Part shown: piece by piece, positions 57,008-64,000 of the stretch
Position numbering within the stretch: position 1 is the first letter of the stretch
Layout: the number at the start of each line of letters is the position of its first letter
Source of the DNA: Candidatus Omnitrophota bacterium
GTDB lineage: Bacteria; Omnitrophota; Gorgyraeia; Duberdicusellales; 4484-171
Assembly (NCBI GenBank): GCA_021735655.1
Contig: JAIPGM010000002.1
Span: forward strand, 256,001 to 320,000
Direction: 5' to 3'
DNA: 64,000 bases
The notes under the pieces: generated by a model
Told to the model about the DNA's origin: nothing
Databases searched by the model: none
What the model saw: the letters and a program-made list of their open reading frames with translations, nothing else
Position numbers and translations under genes: made by a program

Positions 57008-58980
57008 TAGTTAACTATAGTTTGTTCTTCTTCTCCTGGCGACTTATCATCAGGAAGACTACGGTTAGTATAAGTACACTTTGGAAAAGAACTGCAACCA
57101 AAGAATATTTGACCACGCCGGTTTCTACGCTCAACCAACTCTCCCTGTTTACACTCCGGACAAACTATTCCAGTGGTAATACTTTCAGCATACTTACATT
57201 TAGGAAAATGCTCGCAACTCAAGAAACGACCCTTTCTTGACCATTTAATTATCATTCGGCCATCACACTTGGTGCAATTTTTATCCGAATATTCAATTTC
57301 TTTTTTCGCTAAAATTAATGACCTGTCCACTCGTTCCTTAAACTGCGGATAAAAATCCTTCAAAATCTTATGCCACTCTATTTTGCCACGCTCAACTTCA
57401 TCTAGCTTTTCTTCCATCGAAGCGGTGAACCCTTCATCCATAATCTTAGGAAAAAACTCTACTAAAAGTTTAATTACCTTTGCCCCTAAATCAGTCGGAA
57501 TAAAAGCACGTTTTTCTCGACGGGCATAATTCCTTCTAATCAAAGTAAATATAGTCGGCGCGTAAGTGGATGGCCTACCGATACCTTTTTCTTCAAGCAA
57601 GCGCACCAAAGATGCATCGTTATAGCGCGGTGGGGGCTTAGTTACGTGTTCAATCACGTTAAATTCCCCAGCCTCTAAATCTTGCCCTTTTTTAAGGTCG
57701 GGCAAAGGGTTATCTTCAGCTCCCGAATCAAGAACTTTAAGATATCCCGGAAAAACTACCCGCCTCCCATCGGCGGCAAATTCACTGTCCTTTGACAAAA
57801 TTATTGCTTTTTTTTGCTCCAACAAAGCCTCTTTCATAACTGTCGAGAGAAATCTTCGCCAAATTAGTTCATACAGCCGTAGTTCATCATCAGAAAGAGA
57901 AGAGGCTAAATCCTCAGGTCTACGATATACGCTAGTCGGTCGTATGGCTTCATGGGCAAGCTGAGCCCCCTTTTTCTTTTTGTAGCGATACTCTTTATCG
58001 GCAATATAATCCTGACCAAAGGTTTCACCAACGAACTCTTTAGCTTCATTTTTAGCTTTTGAGCTTACATGAAAAGAATCAGTACGCATATACGTGATCA
58101 GACCGACGCTTTCATCATTAATTTGGATACCTTCGTATAGCTTCTGGGCAATCATCATTGTTTTTTGAGCCGAGAAATGTAATTTGTTAAAAGCTTCTTG
58201 CTGTAAAAGTGAAGTAATATGTGGCGAAGGTGGTTTTCTCGTAGAGTTTTTCTTTATTATATCTTTTACCGAAAAATCTTGATCTTTAACTATCGCTATA
58301 CACTGATCGGCATCGGTTATTTTAGTAAATATTCCTTTTTTACTTCTGTACTTATTAAGTTTGGCCTTAAAAGTTAAATCCTGAGTCTTAAATTGAGCTT
58401 CAACTGAATAAGTAGTTTGTGGTTTAAATTTTTCTATTTCTTTTTCACGCTCAACGATAAACTTTAAAGCTATCGACTGTACTCTTCCGGCTGAAAGACC
58501 GCGAACTATCTTTTTCCACAAAAGCGGTGAAAGACTATAACCAACAACTCGGTCTAAAACTCTTCGGGCAATCTGTGAATTAACCCTATTAACATCTAGC
58601 TTACTCGGATGCTTAAAAGCCTCAATTAAAGCCTCCTTAGTAATTTCATGAAAGGTCACCCGACTGAACTTCGTTGTTACTTCTGATAGCTGTTCTTTTA
58701 TATGCCAACTTATCGCCTCCCCTTCTCGATCCGGGTCAGTAGCCAAATAAACTACCTTTTTCTTTTTGGCTTTTTTCTTTAACTGCTTTACTGCTTTTTC
58801 TTTTCCCGAAATAATCTTATAGTTTGGTTCAAAATTATTTTCGATGTCTATTGAAATTTTATTGACCGGTAAATCTACTAAATGCCCCATTGAAGAGACA
58901 ACTTCGTAATCTTTTCCTAAAATCGAGCCAATGGTCTTTGCTTTTGTCGGCGATTCAACTATAACTAAATACTTACTCAT
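57007..58980 (-). CDS. topA: DNA topoisomerase I
   Basis: A TOPRIM N-terminus (LVIVESPTKAKTI), catalytic Tyr region and C-terminal Cys4 zinc ribbons. The protein is 657 aa. Confidence 0.95.
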   Translation of the reverse strand: MSKYLVIVESPTKAKTIGSILGKDYEVVSSMGHLVDLPVNKISIDIENNFEPNYKIISGKEKAVKQLKKKAKKKKVVYLATDPDREGEAISWHIKEQLSEVTTKFSRVTFHEITKEALIEAFKHPSKLDVNRVNSQIARRVLDRVVGYSLSPLLWKKIVRGLSAGRVQSIALKFIVEREKEIEKFKPQTTYSVEAQFKTQDLTFKAKLNKYRSKKGIFTKITDADQCIAIVKDQDFSVKDIIKKNSTRKPPSPHITSLLQQEAFNKLHFSAQKTMMIAQKLYEGIQINDESVGLITYMRTDSFHVSSKAKNEAKEFVGETFGQDYIADKEYRYKKKKGAQLAHEAIRPTSVYRRPEDLASSLSDDELRLYELIWRRFLSTVMKEALLEQKKAIILSKDSEFAADGRRVVFPGYLKVLDSGAEDNPLPDLKKGQDLEAGEFNVIEHVTKPPPRYNDASLVRLLEEKGIGRPSTYAPTIFTLIRRNYARREKRAFIPTDLGAKVIKLLVEFFPKIMDEGFTASMEEKLDEVERGKIEWHKILKDFYPQFKERVDRSLILAKKEIEYSDKNCTKCDGRMIIKWSRKGRFLSCEHFPKCKYAESITTGIVCPECKQGELVERRNRRGQIFFGCSSFPKCTYTNRSLPDDKSPGEEEQTIVN

Positions 58981-58985
58981 AATTA

Positions 58986-59900
58986 CTAATTACTCTCCAG
59001 TTTTACTAAATTTTCCTCTTTATCTTTAAATTTATCAAAATTAATATTTAATTCATCTAAAATATCCTCTAAAGTCTCAACTAATTTTGCTCCATCTTTG
59101 ATTAAAAAATGCGGCCCTTTGCTCAAAAGAGAATTGACTGGCCCCGGAATAGCGAACACTTCACGATTCTGTTCGCAAGCTAACCGAGCAGTAATTAAGG
59201 CGCCGCTTCTTTTGGCTGCCTCAACAACTAATACCCCACATGAAAGACCGCTAACAATTCGGTTACGTCGCGGAAAATTTTCCGGTAAAGGCGGGGTATT
59301 AAGCGGAAACTCGCTAATAACCACTCCCTTTGCGGTAATTTTTTCAAAAAGAGCCTGATTTTCCCGAGGATAAACATTAAGCAAACCACTACCTAAAACC
59401 GCAACCGTCTCACCGGTCTCTATTGCTCCTTTGTGAGCTGCGGTATCAACCCCCCTAGCTAAACCAGAAATAATAACAATACCTAAAGAAGAAAGCTTAA
59501 CAGCATAATCGTGAGCCAAAGAAATTCCATAATTAGTCGCATTTCTACTTCCAACGATAGCAAATAAGGGCTTATTCAAAACAGTTAAATCACCCTCCAG
59601 ATAAAGAAGTAGCGGCGCTGAATCGATTTCTCTTAATAGGCTCGGATAACCAGGGTCAAAAATATCCAGACAAATAACTTTATTCTTTTCAATCAAACGT
59701 AGTTCATCATCGAAAACTTTAGAATTTCGAAACTTTAAAATTTTTTCGATATCATTATTAGTTAAAGAAGAAATCTCCCTTAACTCAGCAACATTTACTC
59801 TCAATAGTGAATCTAAATCCGAAAAACTAGCGACTAAGTCTTTTATCTTCTTAGGTGAAAGATTTATAAGATTAAGTAAAATTGAACTTTTTTTAGCCAT
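58986..59900 (-). CDS. dprA: DNA processing protein DprA (Smf)
   Basis: The Rossmann-like DprA core (AIVGSRNAT...GLARGVDTAAH...AVLGSGL). Confidence 0.9.
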   Translation of the reverse strand: MAKKSSILLNLINLSPKKIKDLVASFSDLDSLLRVNVAELREISSLTNNDIEKILKFRNSKVFDDELRLIEKNKVICLDIFDPGYPSLLREIDSAPLLLYLEGDLTVLNKPLFAIVGSRNATNYGISLAHDYAVKLSSLGIVIISGLARGVDTAAHKGAIETGETVAVLGSGLLNVYPRENQALFEKITAKGVVISEFPLNTPPLPENFPRRNRIVSGLSCGVLVVEAAKRSGALITARLACEQNREVFAIPGPVNSLLSKGPHFLIKDGAKLVETLEDILDELNINFDKFKDKEENLVKLESN

Positions 59901-60405
59901 TAGTTAACTTTAACAACTCGATAATTTTATAAACTACTCCCTCTGGGTCTAGTTTATCAGTGTCAACTGTATAGTCAGCCTGTTCATAGTATGGTTTTCG
60001 AGCAACAAGTAACCTTTCGATTACCGCCAAAGGATCCTTAGTGTTTAGCAACGGTCGGTGAATCTTATGCTTAGTTCTTTCATGAATTGTTGAAGCCTTT
60101 GCCGAAAGAGAGACCACTACTCCGCTTTCTTTTAAAATACCTAGATTATCTTCATTACAGATAAGCCCACCGCCACAGCTAATCACTAAATCACTTTTTG
60201 CTGACAATTCCCTAAGTAATTCTTGCTCGAGACGACGAAAATGGGCTTCGCCCGAATCGGCAAAAATGTTCGTAATCGACTTGCCTTGGTCTTCTTCAAT
60301 GGCTACATCCATATCAACAAAGCCACGATTTAACTTCTTAGCCAAAAAACTAGCAACCGTCGTCTTACCGGTTCCCATAAACCCTACGATATATATATTA
60401 TTCAT
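59893..60405 (-). CDS. aroK: Shikimate kinase
   Basis: A P-loop GFMGTGKTT and a typical 170-aa length with a lid region. Confidence 0.9.
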   Translation of the reverse strand: MNNIYIVGFMGTGKTTVASFLAKKLNRGFVDMDVAIEEDQGKSITNIFADSGEAHFRRLEQELLRELSAKSDLVISCGGGLICNEDNLGILKESGVVVSLSAKASTIHERTKHKIHRPLLNTKDPLAVIERLLVARKPYYEQADYTVDTDKLDPEGVVYKIIELLKLTNG

Positions 60406-60500
60406 AAAAATAAAATGGTTTCTTGTGTGCTATATAGGTAAGTAGTATTATCAACAGATTTATGAAAAAAGTCAAGCTGGAGATTAAAAAGACAGTAAAT

Positions 60501-60545
60501 TATAAAAAATAAAACCCTAACCGATTGATTAACAGTCAGTTAGGG
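60501..60545 (-). terminator. Rho-independent terminator downstream of the acyl-CoA dehydrogenase gene
   Basis: Minus-strand RNA CCCUAAC-(17 nt)-GUUAGGG is followed by UUUUAUUUUUU. Confidence 0.5.
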
Positions 60546-60579
60546 TTAGTAAACCGATATCTGGTTTCTTTAGGCTCGT

Positions 60580-61749
60580 TTACTTACCGTATTTCTTTAT
60601 CAGTTCAAGAGCAATAATATTCCTCTGAATTTGGTTTGTGCCTTCATAAATTTGAGTAATTTTGGCATCGCGCATAAATTTCTCAATCGGATAGTCACGC
60701 ATATAGCCATAGCCACCATAGATTTGAACAGCATTGGTAGTAACCTCCATGGCCACATCTGAAGCAAACATCTTAGCGGCAGCCGAAGCTACCCCAACAT
60801 CCTTTGACCCCCGATCAACCATCGAAGCGCAAGCATAAACTAGGCTTCGAGCAGCCTCAATCTTAGTAGCCATATCCGCCAACATCCATTGTATACCCTG
60901 AAATGAGCTTATCGGTTTGCCAAACTGTATACGTTCATGTGCATATTTGGTTGCAAGTTCTAAAGCTCCTTGAGCAATACCAACAGCCTGAGCAGCTACC
61001 CCCGGACGAGATTGATCAAAAGTCCTCATAGTAGCAATAAAACCTAATCCTTCACGGCCACCAAGTAGATTTTCCTGAGGAACCTTAACATCATTAAAAA
61101 CAAGTTCTCCAGTAGAAGAAGCTCTTATGCCTAATTTTTCTTCCTTTTTACCAAAAGTAAATCCCTCAGCCCCTTTCTCGACTATAAACGCTGAAACTCC
61201 TCGCGGCCCCCTGGATTTATTGGTTACTGCAACAACCGTATAAACTTGAGCATCACCAGCATTAGTAATAAAATGCTTAGTGCCATTTAAAATATAATAA
61301 TCACCGTCTTTTTTAGCAGTTGTTTTTACCGCTGCGGCATCTGATCCGGCCTCTGGTTCAGTTAAACCAAAAGCAGTCAAATGTTTGCCGGAAGCAATGT
61401 CCGGTAAATATTTCTTTTTTTGATCTTCAGTTCCATGTAGTAAAATTGGAAACATACCCAAAAATGATGCTGCATAAGAAGTTGCCACGCCTCCGTCAAC
61501 ACGAGATATCTCTTCAGTTGCAATACACAGCTCAGCTAGCCCCGAACCCATTCCGCCATAGGCCTCTGGGATACAAAGTGAAAAAAGATCCGATTGAGCA
61601 AGGATTTGCATAATATCTTTAGGAAATTCCTCCTTCTCATCGAGTTCCCTGGACTGAGGACGAATCTTTTCCTCAGCAATTTGGCGACATAGCTCCCGTA
61701 ACATTTTTTGATCTTCAGTTAGATTATGATCAACAATAAACATAATCAA
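60580..61749 (-). CDS. Acyl-CoA dehydrogenase (short-chain/butyryl-CoA type)
   Basis: A 389-aa ORF with ACAD N, M and C domains (YGGMGSG, TEPEAGSD, a C-terminal catalytic Glu region YEGTNQIQR). Confidence 0.9.
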   Translation of the reverse strand: MIMFIVDHNLTEDQKMLRELCRQIAEEKIRPQSRELDEKEEFPKDIMQILAQSDLFSLCIPEAYGGMGSGLAELCIATEEISRVDGGVATSYAASFLGMFPILLHGTEDQKKKYLPDIASGKHLTAFGLTEPEAGSDAAAVKTTAKKDGDYYILNGTKHFITNAGDAQVYTVVAVTNKSRGPRGVSAFIVEKGAEGFTFGKKEEKLGIRASSTGELVFNDVKVPQENLLGGREGLGFIATMRTFDQSRPGVAAQAVGIAQGALELATKYAHERIQFGKPISSFQGIQWMLADMATKIEAARSLVYACASMVDRGSKDVGVASAAAKMFASDVAMEVTTNAVQIYGGYGYMRDYPIEKFMRDAKITQIYEGTNQIQRNIIALELIKKYGK

Positions 61750-61759
61750 TCCTCCTAGA

Positions 61760-62221
61760 TTATTTACCCTTTAATTTTAAAATTACCGCCTCCTCAGAAC
61801 AATTAGGAAAACTCATACAATGTATGCAGTCACTCCAAATTTTATGCGGTAACTTCTTACGAGATATTTTTTTAAAACCTAACTTTTTAAAAAACTGAGG
61901 AACAAAGGTTAATGCAAAAATATTACTTACCTCTAACCTTCTAGCTTCCTCTAAACATTTTAAAACTAGTTTTTTTCCAATGCCGCGGCCTTGAAAACTC
62001 TTAGCAATGGCTAAAGACTTTACTTCACCGAGATCTTGCCAACCGACAACGCTAAGAGCGCAACAGCCAATTATTCGTTTACCCTGGGTATAAACCCAAA
62101 AATCACGTATATGCTCATAGATATAATTTAAAGAACGCTCTAAAACTCTGCCCTCTTTGGCCCAAGCATTAATAAGAGCTTGAATTTTTTTACTATCAGT
62201 TAGAGTAGCTTTTCTTATCAT
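61760..62221 (-). CDS. GNAT family N-acetyltransferase
   Basis: QGRGIGKKLV acetyl-CoA binding motif. Confidence 0.75.
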   Translation of the reverse strand: MIRKATLTDSKKIQALINAWAKEGRVLERSLNYIYEHIRDFWVYTQGKRIIGCCALSVVGWQDLGEVKSLAIAKSFQGRGIGKKLVLKCLEEARRLEVSNIFALTFVPQFFKKLGFKKISRKKLPHKIWSDCIHCMSFPNCSEEAVILKLKGK

Positions 62222-62853
62222 TCAAAAAAGAATGTGATGCCAGCTAAATACATTTTTGCATCTATACCTTTGTTCGGATGTTTTATGCTGGCATTAGAAA
62301 GGTGGCGGTGACGATATTCACAACTAAAAGCAATATTATCCTTCAAGCTCCAATGAAACCCAACCGACCCCTGAGGTAAAAAATTCCACTGTGTTCCCTG
62401 CTCTTTCGTCTCCTGAGACATATAAATTAAACCAAGACCGCCTTTAATATAAGGTTGGAACCAATCAGTAAGCGGAAAATCATATTCAACTAGAAAATTC
62501 GAACCTACCTCAAACTCATCGCTGGGACTGGTAATAACATTAAAAAATGGTTCGAGTACAAAATCTAGGTAACCTTTAGTGCTAATGCCAACTTTTGAAA
62601 AAAAAGGCCTTGCATCGTAACCCAAAGAAACCAAAAGAGATACGCCTCGATTATCATGCTCGTGCTTCATTCGCTCGTCTAAAAACCCGGTAAAGATTCC
62701 AATTTTACGCAAGCCTCCTTCTTTGGCGGTTGGGACTTCAGTAGCAACTTTAGCCTGGCCTTTACCTTCAATGCTATCTAAAGTGTCGCTAATACCGGCA
62801 TAAGTAAAACCTGGAATAAAAAGAAAAACTAAAACAACTACTATCTTTTTCAT
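62218..62853 (-). CDS. Outer-membrane beta-barrel, PagL-like lipid A deacylase family (tentative)
   Basis: A signal peptide, alternating beta-strand pattern, an HxSN motif (HLSNAS) and a terminal aromatic residue (FFFE). It sits beside LPS genes. Confidence 0.45.
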   Translation of the reverse strand: MKKIVVVLVFLFIPGFTYAGISDTLDSIEGKGQAKVATEVPTAKEGGLRKIGIFTGFLDERMKHEHDNRGVSLLVSLGYDARPFFSKVGISTKGYLDFVLEPFFNVITSPSDEFEVGSNFLVEYDFPLTDWFQPYIKGGLGLIYMSQETKEQGTQWNFLPQGSVGFHWSLKDNIAFSCEYRHRHLSNASIKHPNKGIDAKMYLAGITFFFE

Positions 62854-62892
62854 CGTTATATTGTAGCAAAAATACTTACTATTGCAACTTTT

Positions 62893-64000
62893 TTATTGCA
62901 CTAATAAGGGAATGATTTCAGAAAGGGTAGGATGAATAAAAAGGCATTTCTTTAAATCATTCAAATTTAATTGATTCTTTATGCAAAGCGAAAAAATACT
63001 GATTAGCTCGCCAGCATGCTTTGAAATTATCCCGGCACCAATTATCTTCCCCTGGTCATCGATCAAAACCTTCATAAATCCGTCGCTATCGTCATAGACA
63101 TGAGCCGAAGAAAACTTTAAAAAGTTTGACTTTATAACTTTAAAATTAATTCCTTCTAACTTAGCCTCAGCTTCTAAAATACCAACCTTAGCTAGCTGGG
63201 GTTGAGAAAATACACATTCCGGTAATCCACTATAATCTTCAAGAATATTTTTACCGCTTATATTGTCAACCGCAAGACGCCCTTGATATTCCGCCACATA
63301 GGCCAGAAGGCGTTTTCCAATCACGTCGCCACAAGCATAAATATTATCCTGAGAAGTTTTAAGGTAATTGTCTGTTTTAATCCAGCCATTACCGTCAACT
63401 AAAACAGCAGCATTTTCTAATTTTAAGCCTTCCAAGCTCGGGCTTCGGCCAACTGCTTGGACGATCATAGAAAACTTACTGAAATCATACTTATTAGCAT
63501 CGACTCCGGTTTCCAGCTCAACCCCCTGCCGCTTGAGAATTACTTCTAAACGCGAGCTAAGTTGGCTATCAAAACTAGGTAAAATCTGATTTTCTTTTTC
63601 AATCAGAAGTACTTTTTTACCGAATTTGTGTAAAAGCGAAGATAATTCTACCCCCACATAGCCGGCTCCAATAATTAAAATATTATCAGCTAAAATTTTT
63701 TGATCAAGAACCGATTCAACTGAAATAGTTTTTGATGATTTAAAAATATCTTTGGAAAGAGACCCTGAAGCGATAATAATATTTTTAGCTAAGACTTTTT
63801 CTCCGTTTACAGCTAAAGTATTTTTATCGACAAAAGAAGCTTCCCCGAAAATAATATCTAACCCTTGCTTCTTTAGAGAACCGATTATCGGTAACTTAAT
63901 TTTTTCAATCAGAGCTTGCTTTAATACCAATAAGTCAGACCAAGATTTACTTGAGTTAGAATTTTGAATAAAAAATTTGGTAGGAATGCAACCTTGATTC
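62893..64000 (-). CDS. Pyridine nucleotide-disulfide oxidoreductase (dihydrolipoyl dehydrogenase family), 5' end beyond the window
   Basis: Reading the same frame past the ORF-track start gives ...GCIPTK..., the redox-active disulfide motif, and there is no in-frame stop up to position 64000. The remainder has an NAD-binding GAGYVGVE and a C-terminal dimerisation domain. The track start at 63930 is a TTG inside the gene. Confidence 0.8.
   Translation of the reverse strand, partial: NQGCIPTKFFIQNSNSSKSWSDLLVLKQALIEKIKLPIIGSLKKQGLDIIFGEASFVDKNTLAVNGEKVLAKNIIIASGSLSKDIFKSSKTISVESVLDQKILADNILIIGAGYVGVELSSLLHKFGKKVLLIEKENQILPSFDSQLSSRLEVILKRQGVELETGVDANKYDFSKFSMIVQAVGRSPSLEGLKLENAAVLVDGNGWIKTDNYLKTSQDNIYACGDVIGKRLLAYVAEYQGRLAVDNISGKNILEDYSGLPECVFSQPQLAKVGILEAEAKLEGINFKVIKSNFLKFSSAHVYDDSDGFMKVLIDDQGKIIGAGIISKHAGELISIFSLCIKNQLNLNDLKKCLFIHPTLSEIIPLLVQ

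Noticed and set aside
1-64000. CRISPR arrays, IS elements, transposases, prophage genes
   Set aside because: Nothing found. There are no regularly spaced direct repeats, and no transposase or integrase other than the housekeeping XerC/D-type recombinase.

Overview
This window is an AT-rich chromosomal segment from a diderm (Gram-negative-type) bacterium, probably an anaerobe, with no sign of a mobile element. About 75 genes are present and nearly all lie on the minus strand. The only plus-strand genes are a GatB/YqeY protein and an unannotated 50-aa prepilin-like ORF. From low to high coordinates the content is as follows.

(1) A c-di-GMP-themed minus-strand block spans 237..10139. It holds a membrane-anchored coiled-coil EF-G fusion of 1069 aa, a REC-GGDEF(GGDDF)-MshEN protein, MscS, a GEMM-I riboswitch, an M48 peptidase, DinB, LemA and a DUF3137 protein.

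(2) An operon at 10659..14121 contains a zf-HC2 anti-sigma factor with a PE-repeat linker, UppP, a STAS-PilZ fusion, a PC4/YdbC-like protein and two hypotheticals.

(3) A consensus promoter, an adenosylcobalamin riboswitch and a terminator precede a BtuB-like TonB-dependent receptor at 14231..16201.

(4) tRNA-Arg(CCU) lies at 16884..16956, followed by apt, a sigma-70, ppdK, glyQS, proteases, lipoproteins and housekeeping enzymes.

(5) The centrepiece is a roughly 16-kb Rex-associated group-4 [NiFe] hydrogenase locus. It starts with sulfhydrogenase-like beta/gamma NAD(P)H subunits and a ferredoxin. These are followed by NuoH/B/C/D-like subunits that include a bona fide NiFe large subunit, an Mrp antiporter module (MrpD, B, B, C, D, E, F, G), a NuoI-like ferredoxin and the HycI protease. 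Next come a zinc-finger-less HypA, an unusual HypC-HydE fusion gene, rex, and a HydG-family radical SAM tyrosine lyase. A consensus Rex operator sits upstream of the first gene. This points to a possible radical-SAM route to the [NiFe] site's Fe(CO)(CN)2 unit, which has not been described.

(6) An LPS inner-core / Kdo2-lipid A late-step cluster spans 45138..56129. It contains three GT9 heptosyltransferases, a GT4-GT9 fusion, a GT4, a polysaccharide deacetylase, an LpxL-Elm1 fusion, lpxK and waaA.

(7) The window ends with xerC/D-type recombinase, topA, dprA, aroK, an acyl-CoA dehydrogenase, a GNAT, a PagL-like gene and a partial lipoamide-dehydrogenase-family gene that runs off the window end.

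All calls rest on reading the translated ORFs and DNA motifs by eye. No database searches were run.
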